Below, one piece after another: positions 1-8,157 of a stretch of DNA of 64,000 bases. Source of the DNA: Minisyncoccia bacterium (GTDB taxonomy: Bacteria > Patescibacteriota > Minisyncoccia > Phycocordibacterales > UBA918). Every line of letters begins with the position of its first letter. Positions within the stretch are counted from its first letter, which is position 1. The stretch is from the NCBI GenBank assembly GCA_046598345.1, contig JBKJIT010000001.1:108251-172250 (forward strand), given 5' to 3'. A model generated the notes under the pieces. It saw only the letters and a program-made list of their open reading frames with translations. It did no database searches and had not been told where the DNA came from. The translations under genes were made by a program, and so were the position numbers.

Positions 1-255
1 CGTGACTCCTTGGATACCAAACACCGTCATAAAAATATTGATAATTCCCCAGAATCCAATGATGATGACAAACGCAAGAATTCCCCAGAGTGCAAACGAC
101 TTTGCTTTTTTTTGAGAGTCCTCATCACCACCGTGAAGTATGAAATATTGGAACGTATTCCACATGAAAAAGAGGAATGCGAGTAGGAGAACAAAGGGAA
201 TGATCCGATTGTTCAAGAATGTAAAAAAAAGTTGGAGGTATTGCTGAATATCCAT
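1..255 (-). CDS. small integral membrane protein, C-terminus beyond window edge (two predicted TM helices; VirB2/TrbC-pilin-like architecture is only a guess)
   Basis: Reverse-strand ORF starting at the ATG complementary to 253-255. Translation begins MDIQQYLQLFFTFLNNRIIPFVLLLAFLFFMW and ends inside GFWGIINIFMTVFGIQGVT. It runs off the window start, so it is absent from the ORF track. Confidence 0.35.
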   Translation of the reverse strand, partial: MDIQQYLQLFFTFLNNRIIPFVLLLAFLFFMWNTFQYFILHGGDEDSQKKAKSFALWGILAFVIIIGFWGIINIFMTVFGIQGVT

Positions 256-303
256 ATCCACATAATACCCCAAATACGGCTTATTTTTTGACTCTTTTCA
301 CAT

Positions 304-330
304 TGACAAAATATCTAGTTATGGTATAAT
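304..330 (+). promoter_or_regulatory. sigma70-like promoter (TTGACA, 15 nt spacer, extended -10 TGgTATAAT)
   Basis: ttgacaaaatatctagttatggtataat lies directly upstream of the 381 start. It sits inside the track ORF 330..569, which argues that the real start is M381. Confidence 0.5.
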
Positions 331-380
331 TGACATTGGTAAAAATTCGATGTCCAACCGTTGAGACTCAAGGAGATGTC

Positions 381-569
381 ATGAAAACATCGCAATTGTT
401 TCTGGCAGGACTAGCAGCGGGAGTCATCATCTTTTCGGAGATGGTGTTCCCGTCAGAACCAATGACTTCCAGTGTGAATGATGAAGTGCATACGGGACAA
501 TGTCTCACAGTCGAAAAGGACGGCAAACCTTTGCCTTGTCAGTTCGTTTCGAAAATCGCAGACGAGTAG
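381..569 (+). CDS. small secreted/membrane protein (62 aa), hypothetical
   Basis: In-frame ATG at 381 preceded by AAGGAG (ctcaaggagatgtcATG). N-terminal hydrophobic segment MKTSQLFLAGLAAGVIIFS. Confidence 0.45.
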   Translation: MKTSQLFLAGLAAGVIIFSEMVFPSEPMTSSVNDEVHTGQCLTVEKDGKPLPCQFVSKIADE

Positions 570-591
570 TTCCTAAATCCAGGGAGAGAAA

Positions 592-750
592 GTGTTAAGA
601 ATTCTCGGATGGCTTCTTGTTGCGCTGGGTCTCGGAGTAATTGCTGAGATTCCAGGTTTGAAGTACCTCCCTCTTGCCCCGGTTCTTTTCGCTGGAGTGC
701 TGATTGCCGGGGTTGGTCTCGCACTCGCACTCCGAGGGAAGGGATGGTTT
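592..750 (+). CDS. very small membrane protein (52 aa), GTG start
   Basis: GGGAGAGAAA then GTG. Translation VLRILGWLLVALGLGVIAEIPGLKYLPLAPVLFAGVLIAGVGLALALRGKGWF is entirely hydrophobic. A GC-rich palindromic hairpin follows. Below the 60-aa track cutoff. Confidence 0.3.
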
Positions 751-908
751 TAGCACGGCAGGATGTGTCCAACAAAAGCCGGTTTGCGTTTACGCGGCCG
801 GCCTTTTTTAATGGTCCTCCGGATGTCTATCTCTTGCATACTCCTTTTTAACATGCTTTATTTGCAGTTAGATAGGATCGCTCACGTATCCTTAATTGGA
901 GGTTAAAA

Positions 909-1136
909 TTGAAGAAAATATTTCCTATAGTTCAGTGCGTCATTCAGTTCTTTGGGAATGCCTTCCTTATCATAGGAATGGCTCTGTATCTTTTTTCCTT
1001 CGAACCGTTTTTAGAACCTCCTACACTAGGGGTTGTAGACCTAGGTATCATAGGTGCTTCGTTGTTCTTGATCGGAGACCTTTTTAGGATTTTTGGAGGA
1101 GGAGGATCGATTTTTCACCCACGTATCAAATCGTAA
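909..1136 (+). CDS. small membrane protein (75 aa), TTG start
   Basis: GGAGG sits 6 nt upstream of TTG at 909. Two hydrophobic helices. Followed by terminator 1141..1174. Confidence 0.5.
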   Translation: MKKIFPIVQCVIQFFGNAFLIIGMALYLFSFEPFLEPPTLGVVDLGIIGASLFLIGDLFRIFGGGGSIFHPRIKS

Positions 1137-1140
1137 ACGA

Positions 1141-1174
1141 AGGCCGAGAGGTGTTTCACCCCTCGGCCTTTTTA
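1141..1174 (+). terminator. rho-independent terminator
   Basis: aggccgagagg tgtttcac ccctcggcc followed by ttttt. Confidence 0.6.
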
Positions 1175-1240
1175 CTTGTATGTAAAATGTTAAAGGCCAG
1201 ACGCGAAACTTCGCGTCTGGCCTCTGTGGGGGTTCGTGGA

Positions 1241-1432
1241 TCAACCAAGCAAAATGGGCTCCTGCTCATAGAACCGATGCTTGACCCTAAATTGCTTCGA
1301 AAGCCGCTTCCGGAGTTTCTTCTCCTTGGGCCGGTGACTTTTCTTGGTCTTTTTTTCCGGCCTCGCGCCATTGAGGCTCTTGCTTCTGGGTACACGCCGG
1401 GAACACGGTTTCGAACAATGACGTTTGGACAT
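1241..1432 (-). CDS. small highly basic protein (63 aa, K/R-rich), possible nucleic-acid-binding protein
   Basis: Reverse-strand ORF with a near-perfect SD: AAGAGGAGG, 6 nt, ATG (complement of 1430-1432). Protein MSKRHCSKPCSRRVPRSKSLNGARPEKKTKKSHRPKEKKLRKRLSKQ. The overlapping + ORF 1151..1456 spans two hairpins and is less plausible. Confidence 0.45.
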   Translation of the reverse strand: MSKRHCSKPCSRRVPRSKSLNGARPEKKTKKSHRPKEKKLRKRLSKQFRVKHRFYEQEPILLG

Positions 1433-1808
1433 CTACTGCCTCCTCTTCTTGATTGAACTACGGGAACTGCTCCTGAGCTGTGGGCTAGAGTACTCCCGAC
1501 TTATCTTTTTAGCAAGGTGTCAAAAGTTTATATTAATTGCTCAAATCCCCTTATTTTGCTAGTATCTCTGGGTCTTTGTAGGCCTCTCGTGAGGCTGTGG
1601 CTATAAAATGCAAACAGTTTTACGTTTTATCCGGTTCCGAGTGCGCGAGGAAATTCCTAATATCGAGTGGCAGCGAGACAAGGGAATAGGAATGGTTAGA
1701 GCGGTACAAATACAATTTAAAAACTTAGTGCGGCAGTGGCTATGAAGAGCAATGGGATTGCTTTTCATCCGTAGGGTGGTTCTTCAAAAATTAAATAGTA
1801 TAGTGTGC

Positions 1809-1833
1809 GGCCGTAGCTCAGGTGGTTAGAGTG
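1809..1833 (+). other. duplicated 5' fragment of a tRNA (acceptor stem + D-arm only), tRNA pseudogene remnant
   Basis: gcggccgtagctcaggtggttagag closely matches the 5' 25 nt of the downstream tRNA-Ile (gcggctgtagctcagatggttagag). It is then followed by a 12-bp AT-rich hairpin and has no anticodon or T arm. Confidence 0.35.
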
Positions 1834-1885
1834 GTAAAATAGAATAAAGATTCTATTTTACCTGATAACTCTTTGACAATTTCGT

Positions 1886-1959
1886 GCGGCTGTAGCTCAG
1901 ATGGTTAGAGCGCGTCACTGATAATGACGAGGTCCTAGGTTCGATTCCTAGCAGCCGCA
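1886..1959 (+). tRNA. tRNA-Ile (anticodon GAT)
   Basis: Hand-folded cloverleaf. Acceptor gcggctg/cagccgc, D-arm gctcagatggttagagc, anticodon stem cgtca/tgacg with loop ctGATaa, T-arm cctag-gttcgattc-ctagg (note: stem-loop string as written), discriminator A. No encoded CCA. Confidence 0.85.
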
Positions 1960-2350
1960 CAAAGCAGTCAAAGAGACAGACGAGGCCGTAGGCTAAATTA
2001 GTTCGGGGAACTAATTTAGGAGGTTGCCAGATATTTTGTGAGTGAAGCGAGACAAAATAGCGACAACCTGTACTGAACATGTAATGTTCGAGTCCTTACA
2101 GGACCTGTACACTTTTCGCAGAAACTGCTCAAAGTCTTAAAAATGACATTGAGTCATTTTTAACCTTCCGGCCGCACACTGAATGGTATTTAATTTTTGA
2201 AGAATACTCAGTTTAGAGATACCCTTTCGAAAGGTCTTGTTAGGAAGGTAAAATTACATTCATTGAATCCTCATACAAAGGAGTGTATATTCTGAGTTGG
2301 TTTTTTGTTTGTCTTTATTTCAATGTAGTTCTTTCTTAAAGGGAGTGGAA

Positions 2351-2695
2351 ATGTTGCCTCAACTGATACGTATGGACGAGCCACAGCGGAAATTGGGTGA
2401 ACTCGCAATGTACATGCCCCATGCCCCCACACAGGTGGTACTGTTTGGGGGAATTCTTGCTCAATATCTGCGGCTACCACTCCTTTCACCTGATGGCTTT
2501 GTCTTTGGCTGCGACATGGCTATTCTCGCTCTTATGAGGAGTGCACCGAGAGACGCCTCAGGAAACGCCACGGAGGGAATCGGTTTCTTGGAAAGCCAGA
2601 TCCCTGCAATCGCCGACGTGATTTTCGAAAAGGAAGACGCTGAACGAGTGCGTGCGAGCTTTGAACGGAGTCGTAACTCGCTAGCTGTGGCCTGA
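2351..2695 (+). CDS. hypothetical protein (114 aa)
   Basis: ATG at 2351 preceded by AAAGGGAGTGG. Followed by terminator 2728..2758. Confidence 0.5.
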   Translation: MLPQLIRMDEPQRKLGELAMYMPHAPTQVVLFGGILAQYLRLPLLSPDGFVFGCDMAILALMRSAPRDASGNATEGIGFLESQIPAIADVIFEKEDAERVRASFERSRNSLAVA

Positions 2696-2727
2696 ACAGG
2701 GGAGTGATTTCTGGAACGAATAACGCA

Positions 2728-2758
2728 CAGCGCACTCGAGGAGAGTGCGCTGTTTTTG
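2728..2758 (+). terminator. rho-independent terminator
   Basis: cagcgcactc gagga gagtgcgctg tttttg. Confidence 0.7.
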
Positions 2759-3087
2759 TACTGAGTAATTCTAGTTATGCAACGAAGATCGTAGCTCCAC
2801 GTACGCAATACCACTTAGATTGATGTCACCATGACAAGATCCTCAGCTATTTCTTGCGCGCGAATAGTGAAGGCAATAACAAACATGGAAAAGGCAATAA
2901 CTAAAAACCATGCGATGTAGGGAAACGGCTTGAATTCTTCGAGCTTTCTCATTGAGGTATCATACTATTTTTCATCATAAGCGATGCTGTTTCCCGGGGA
3001 TAATTAAAAAAGCATGTATTGACTAATAGAAAAAACGATGTATAGTTCTAAATAGAAATCAGTCATTCGGCTGATAGGGAGAACTAT

Positions 3088-3459
3088 ATGCTCTGGTTTA
3101 AAAGCTTGGGTCTTGGATTGTTATTCTGGTGTGTGGTAGTTGTAGTTGCAGCTGTCGGTGATTTGCTCGCGGTCATGGGGAACCCTGACATGTCTGATCG
3201 GGAAATGATGGTTCAGCTTGTCATAAACATACTCTTCGTGTGGATGGCTGCGGTAGGCTCATTCCTCCTCATCCACATCAAGAAAATCAAGCTCGGCTGG
3301 CGACCCTTTCTTGTACGCTCCGTGTTTATCTGGGTACCCATCTCGATTGGCTGGTGGGCAATGTCAAAAACAGGCGCTGTCGGCTGGTTTACACTGGGCG
3401 GCATGTTTTCGTCCGTCTTCTTTGCGTATGAAATGCTCGTACTTCGTACACGTACATAA
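3088..3459 (+). CDS. hypothetical integral membrane protein (123 aa, 4 TM)
   Basis: RBS GGGAGAACTAT then ATG. Translation is hydrophobic throughout. Terminator follows. Confidence 0.6.
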   Translation: MLWFKSLGLGLLFWCVVVVVAAVGDLLAVMGNPDMSDREMMVQLVINILFVWMAAVGSFLLIHIKKIKLGWRPFLVRSVFIWVPISIGWWAMSKTGAVGWFTLGGMFSSVFFAYEMLVLRTRT

Positions 3460-3491
3460 GGGGTCGGTGGTGTAGCTATACATATTGTTCC

Positions 3492-3525
3492 AGCGCCCGT
3501 AGTTGTATCTGCGGGCGCTTTTTTA
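3492..3525 (+). terminator. rho-independent terminator
   Basis: agcgcccg tagttgtatct gcgggcgct tttttt. Confidence 0.7.
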
Positions 3526-3546
3526 TACTCATGGTAAAATGCCCGA

Positions 3547-4893
3547 ATGAGCGATTTTGCTGCCTACTTTAAAGGGAAGAAGATAACTGTCATGCGAATT
3601 GGGCTCCTTGGCCGGGGTGTGGGGGACGCCGCCTTTTTGGCAGAATCTGGAGCAGTTGTTCTTGTAGTAGACGATGCTTCTCAGGAGGTTATGCAACCCT
3701 CAGTAGATGCTCTCAAAAAATATCCAAACATATCATTTAAATTTGGCCCTTACGATGTGACTGATTTTACTGAGGCTGATATGGTGCTCGTTGGAGCAGG
3801 GGCACCATTTGATTTGCCATGTCTTATTGCAGCAAAAAACGCAGGTGTACCACTTACAATGAGCGGAACACTTTTTGCAAAACTTTCGGGAGTTCCTATT
3901 ATTGGAATTACGGGTACGAGAGGAAAATCAACCGTGACGCACATGATTCACCATGTGCTTTCTGAAGCAACGGAGGGGGCCCCGGTGCTTCTTGGTGGAA
4001 ATGTCCGAGGTATCTCCAATTTGCAGCTTTTTAAAGATGTGGAGGAAGGATCGCTTGCGGTCATGGAACTCGATTCATGGCAACTCCAAGGATTTGGCTG
4101 GGCAGAAATAAGCCCGCACGTTGCGGTTTTTACCAACTTTATGGAGGATCATTTAAATTATTATCGGAAGAGCATGGCACTCTATTTCAGAGATAAGGCG
4201 AACATATTTAGATACCAGGAACCGGGGAGTACACTCGTGACTACGCAGGAAGTATTTGATCGGGCGAAAGCATTTGCTAAAGCGGAAGGATTCGAAATGG
4301 GCCAGGAGATTTCATTAGTAGATACTTCTATTTTGCCTCAGGACTGTCTTCTCGCGATGCCCGGAGAACACAATCGGTTAAATGCAGCGCTTGCGTATGA
4401 GGCACTTAAAGCGACAGGACTAGAGGACGAAGTGATTTTTGAAGGGCTCACCACATTCCCCGGAGTTCCGGGACGCCTAGAGTATTTGGGCGAAAAAGAC
4501 GGTGTGAAAATGTACAATGACAACAACGCAACAACCCCGACTGCGACACGAGCGGGACTAAAAGCGGTGGGGAATCCGGCAAACGAAGGAATGAACGTCG
4601 TTCTCATTATGGGCGGAGCAGGAAAGGATCTTGATCCGTCACCGCTTCTTGAAATCATTCCCGAATACTGCAAGAAAGTGATTCTGCTTCCGGGAACTGG
4701 AACGGATACGATTAAGGAAAAGATTGAGGCTGTGGAGGTTCCGTCACTGAAGGAAGCCGTGGAGGCCGCGCTCGGCGTAGCCGAGCGCGGCGATGTGATT
4801 CTTTTTAGTCCCGCGTTCGCATCATTTGGCCTCTTTAAAAATGAATATGACCGCGGTGACCAGTTCGTCGATCTTATAAAAAGTCGACTCTGA
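3547..4893 (+). CDS. murD: UDP-N-acetylmuramoyl-L-alanine--D-glutamate ligase
   Basis: N-terminal Rossmann-like KKITVMRIGLLGRGVG. Mur ligase P-loop GITGTRGKSTVTHMI. Central and C-terminal Mur ligase domains, 448 aa. Confidence 0.88.
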   Translation: MSDFAAYFKGKKITVMRIGLLGRGVGDAAFLAESGAVVLVVDDASQEVMQPSVDALKKYPNISFKFGPYDVTDFTEADMVLVGAGAPFDLPCLIAAKNAGVPLTMSGTLFAKLSGVPIIGITGTRGKSTVTHMIHHVLSEATEGAPVLLGGNVRGISNLQLFKDVEEGSLAVMELDSWQLQGFGWAEISPHVAVFTNFMEDHLNYYRKSMALYFRDKANIFRYQEPGSTLVTTQEVFDRAKAFAKAEGFEMGQEISLVDTSILPQDCLLAMPGEHNRLNAALAYEALKATGLEDEVIFEGLTTFPGVPGRLEYLGEKDGVKMYNDNNATTPTATRAGLKAVGNPANEGMNVVLIMGGAGKDLDPSPLLEIIPEYCKKVILLPGTGTDTIKEKIEAVEVPSLKEAVEAALGVAERGDVILFSPAFASFGLFKNEYDRGDQFVDLIKSRL

Positions 4894-5065
4894 TAACGCG
4901 GCCAGATTGTCGTGCTAGAGAAGTTGGGCGATACCCATCCATATTGGTACTGACAGGATTACGCTGATGATGATTGAGCGCGCTGCACCTAAACCTCTGC
5001 CTTCTATCTCGTCTTGAATCATGTTGCTCTCCCGGTGAAGGTCCATTAGATATTTTACCAGTTCA

Positions 5066-6427
5066 GTGTGGTCTTCAAAGGCGCATTCCACATTTCTTCA
5101 TTTGATAGTATATTCATTTATTATGGTACACACGGACATTCTCCAGCTTTCAAAAGTATCAAGCATCCATTTTATTGGTATTGGCGGTATTGGGATGTCC
5201 GGGCTTGCGAGGCTCTTTCTTCACGAAGGAAAGACAGTGAGCGGATCAGACCGCGCATCGTCCCAAATCACTGACGCTCTTCTAAAAGAAGGAGCTACTT
5301 TTTTCCCTTCACAAGAATCTAAAAATATTACGGGAGACATAGAAATGATTGTGTATACGGAGGCGATGTCGCCGGATCATGAGGAAATGGTGGCTGCGCG
5401 TGAGCTAGGAGTCCCGATGATGAATTACTTTGAAGCCCTGGGAATTGTGGCGAATGCGTATTATCTTATTGCAATTGCCGGTGCGCACGGAAAGACAACG
5501 ACAACTGCGATGCTCATTGATATTTTCGAAGAGGCTGGACTTGATCCATCTGGGATTGTTGGTTCACTCCGCGCGAAGACGAAAAGCAATTATCGCCCGG
5601 GAAAGAGCAAATATTTTATTGCAGAGGCGTGTGAGTACAAACGAGACTTTCTCTCCCTCCGGCCTGATGTGCTCGTGATTACCAATATTGAGCACGAACA
5701 TGTCGATTACTATAAAAATCTAGAAGCAGTGCAAGTGGCATTTCGCGAATTTGCACTACAGGTGCGTGAAGGAGGGACCGTGATTGTTAATTTTAGCGAT
5801 AAAAATATTGCTCCTATTCTTCAGGGAGTTACTGTGAGCGTAATTGACTACGGGGAGTATGTAGATCCACTTCGTGTACTTAAGGTGCCGGGTCTCCATA
5901 ACCAAATGAATGCAGCGGCGGCCGCAGCCGCCGCTGCCTGTGTCGGTATTGAAAAAGCAGTAGCACATACAGCACTCCAGAACTTTACCGGAACATGGCG
6001 TCGATTTGAATATAAGGGGGAAGTAAACGGCGCTAAAGTATACGATGACTACGGCCATCATCCCACTGAAATTAAAGCGACGATGCAGGGGGCACGGGAA
6101 TTATATCCCGATAGAAAAATAACGCTGGTGTACGAACCACATACCTACTCCCGTACGGAGGAACTGTTTACTGATTTTGTTTCAGTCTTGAGTCAGGCTG
6201 ATACGCTTTATTTACTTCCCATTTACGCTGCACGAGAAATAGATACGAAAGAAGTGTCGAGCGAAATGCTTATAACAGCGATTGCTCCCCATAATCCTCG
6301 GGCATTTATAGTTCCTGATTTTGATACAGTTATTGAAGAGATCCGAAGAACCGCAACACCCGGGGATCTCATCCTGGTGGAAGGAGCTGGAGGTATAACC
6401 CGGGTTGCAAGTGAGTTGACAAAGTAA
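5066..6427 (+). CDS. murC: UDP-N-acetylmuramate--L-alanine ligase (true start may be the ATG near 5123)
   Basis: Classic MurC N-terminus IHFIGIGGIGMSGLARLFLHEGKTVSGSD. Mur ligase P-loop IAIAGAHGKTTTTAM. 453 aa. Confidence 0.9.
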   Translation: MWSSKAHSTFLHLIVYSFIMVHTDILQLSKVSSIHFIGIGGIGMSGLARLFLHEGKTVSGSDRASSQITDALLKEGATFFPSQESKNITGDIEMIVYTEAMSPDHEEMVAARELGVPMMNYFEALGIVANAYYLIAIAGAHGKTTTTAMLIDIFEEAGLDPSGIVGSLRAKTKSNYRPGKSKYFIAEACEYKRDFLSLRPDVLVITNIEHEHVDYYKNLEAVQVAFREFALQVREGGTVIVNFSDKNIAPILQGVTVSVIDYGEYVDPLRVLKVPGLHNQMNAAAAAAAAACVGIEKAVAHTALQNFTGTWRRFEYKGEVNGAKVYDDYGHHPTEIKATMQGARELYPDRKITLVYEPHTYSRTEELFTDFVSVLSQADTLYLLPIYAAREIDTKEVSSEMLITAIAPHNPRAFIVPDFDTVIEEIRRTATPGDLILVEGAGGITRVASELTK

Positions 6428-6495
6428 ATTTTTCATACATAATTTCACTTGGACGAGTCTTGTACTCGATAGATAGCTTCTTGCAACGAGGAGGA

Positions 6496-7065
6496 ATGAT
6501 GGTAACTGAATGCGTGGTTGTATTGGGGCATGGACCTAAGAGTCCAGAACTTGACAAGCACTGTCGGATTCGACTCTCGAGAGCGCTTGCGGCAGTATGT
6601 GACTTTTTGCAGATGGGGAAGAAAGTTGTACTTATCCTTCCCACAGGGTCGCATCTGGACGCGGGAGAGACCATGGCCACACAGATGTACGACCATCTCA
6701 TCCAAATTGGCGGTGAGTGGTTGATGAAGCCAGAAATCCAGGTCATTATCAATCGGACTGAACGGCGGGTGTGGAGCACGCGCCTTGAAATGCAGTACGC
6801 TCAACGCGTTACCGAAAGGTTGGAAGGTGAGGTTCATTACCACTTTGTCACCAACGAGGTGCATGCGATACGCGTTATCTGCACCAACGATCTGATAGGG
6901 CTTCCTAACTGTCTGTTGATTCTGAGTAATGACGATCCACCACCGCGATTTCACGAGGCGCTCGCGTACATTAAATTACACCTCCAGAAGTTTGCTCCCT
7001 TTGAATACCTGAGTACTGCTATCGAAAATCGGAGGAGGGGAGCGCAGAAATACGTACGAGGGTAA
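6496..7065 (+). CDS. DUF218/YdcF-like (ElyC/SanA family) domain protein
   Basis: RBS GAGGAGGAATG-ATG. The VVLGHGP... core resembles the DUF218 fold. Family assignment from motif memory only. Confidence 0.45.
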   Translation: MMVTECVVVLGHGPKSPELDKHCRIRLSRALAAVCDFLQMGKKVVLILPTGSHLDAGETMATQMYDHLIQIGGEWLMKPEIQVIINRTERRVWSTRLEMQYAQRVTERLEGEVHYHFVTNEVHAIRVICTNDLIGLPNCLLILSNDDPPPRFHEALAYIKLHLQKFAPFEYLSTAIENRRRGAQKYVRG

Positions 7066-7085
7066 TGTGACTCTGAACAACTGGA

Positions 7086-7110
7086 AAGGCGGTGCATGCA
7101 CCGCCTTTTG
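7086..7110 (+). terminator. rho-independent terminator
   Basis: aaggcggtgca tgcaccgcc tttt. Confidence 0.65.
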
Positions 7111-7161
7111 TTATGTGTGGTACATTGAAAATTGGAATATTCCAAAGTCAGGAGCATTGGT

Positions 7162-7395
7162 ATGCGATCATGTTGTGAATGCAATGAACCAATTGAAGGT
7201 TGCATGGGGAGTGTGAATCCCACAGATTTCCTCGAACTCGAACAGGGTGACCGACATACATGTCGCGAACTGTGTGGGCGGTGCACACTCTTTTACCAGT
7301 CGAGGAACATGCGACCTCTTTGGACTCGTCAGCAAGTCCCTGTTTGGTCACCGGAAATCGTTAACCGCTACCCGGTCCTTGAAGCCACTTCATAG
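7162..7395 (+). CDS. small cysteine-rich protein (77 aa), putative zinc-ribbon
   Basis: MRSCCECNEPIEGCMG...HTCRELCGRCTLF has 9 Cys in CxC/CxxC spacings. RBS-like AGGAGCATTGGT then ATG. Confidence 0.4.
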   Translation: MRSCCECNEPIEGCMGSVNPTDFLELEQGDRHTCRELCGRCTLFYQSRNMRPLWTRQQVPVWSPEIVNRYPVLEATS

Positions 7396-7432
7396 TGGCT
7401 TTTTCTTTTGACTATGTTAGGTTGTATCGATT

Positions 7433-8149
7433 ATGGGGACACTTTTTGTTGTGGCGACGCCAATTGGGAATCTTGAAGACATCACGCTTCGGGCAATTCG
7501 TATTTTGAAAGAAGTTGACTATATACTCTGCGAGGATACACGGGTCACAGGAAAACTCCTCAAATACTACAACATTGAAACTAAGATGAAGCGCTATGAC
7601 GCGCATGCGTCGGAAAAAGTGCATGAGAGTATTTTGAAAGATTTAGAAGAAGGGAAGCACATCGCGCTCGTGTCTGACGCTGGGACACCTGGCGTGAGTG
7701 ACCCTGGGGTGCTTTTAGTTGCGCGCGCGCGCGAAGCTGGCGCGCGCATCGATGCGATTCCTGGACCTTCAGCACTTACCGCTGCGTTTTCGATCGCGGG
7801 ACTTACTGGAAATAACTTCGTGTTCTTAGGCTTCGCTCCTCAAAAGAAAGGTCGGCAGACTTTTTTTAAAAGTCTGCCGGGGTATGAAATCCCTGTCATT
7901 TTTTATGAAGCGCCCCACCGCATCATGAAGACTCTTGAATCGCTTGCTATGCATCTTGAAAATACTCCCACAATAGAAGACACTGAGGAAACGACTATTC
8001 CGGTTAACCGGAAGGTGGTGATCGCTCGCGAGCTTACTAAAATGTTTGAAGAGGTAGTTACGGGTTCGCCCAAGGAAGTTCTTCAGTACTTCTTGGAGTA
8101 TCCCGACCATATTCGGGGAGAATTTGTTGTTCTTGTGGAGGGACGGTAA
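7433..8149 (+). CDS. rsmI: 16S rRNA (cytidine1402-2'-O)-methyltransferase
   Basis: Tetrapyrrole-methylase fold N-terminus GTLFVVATPIGNLEDITLRAIRILKEVDYILCEDTR is typical of RsmI. Confidence 0.85.
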   Translation: MGTLFVVATPIGNLEDITLRAIRILKEVDYILCEDTRVTGKLLKYYNIETKMKRYDAHASEKVHESILKDLEEGKHIALVSDAGTPGVSDPGVLLVARAREAGARIDAIPGPSALTAAFSIAGLTGNNFVFLGFAPQKKGRQTFFKSLPGYEIPVIFYEAPHRIMKTLESLAMHLENTPTIEDTEETTIPVNRKVVIARELTKMFEEVVTGSPKEVLQYFLEYPDHIRGEFVVLVEGR

Positions 8150-8157
8150 GATAAGGT

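Noticed and set aside
1151-1456. Plus-strand 101-aa ORF
   Set aside because: No RBS, spans two strong hairpins and overlaps a minus-strand ORF that has a perfect SD. Judged an artefact.
1440-1800. RNase P RNA, SRP RNA, tmRNA or 6S RNA in the long spacer
   Set aside because: Signature motifs (GGAAAGUCCGG / ACAGAACCCGGCUUA for RNase P, the SRP domain IV motif, the tmRNA tRNA-like end) are not visible. Left as an unassigned candidate only.
1809-2180. Possibility that gcggccgtagctcagg... (1809) and ...cggccgcac (2169) are the 5' and 3' exons of a single tRNA interrupted by a large intron
   Set aside because: No T-arm or GTTCGANTC-type loop is adjacent to the putative 3' acceptor strand, and a complete independent tRNA-Ile sits inside. 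The data fit a duplicated 5' fragment better.
3750-6954. Multiple minus-strand ORFs (3750..3944, 3948..4136, 4338..4673, 5756..6061, 6212..6448, 6369..6779, 6445..6954) antisense to murD/murC/DUF218 gene
   Set aside because: They lie inside well-supported sense genes, lack RBS and have odd composition. These are typical antisense shadow ORFs.
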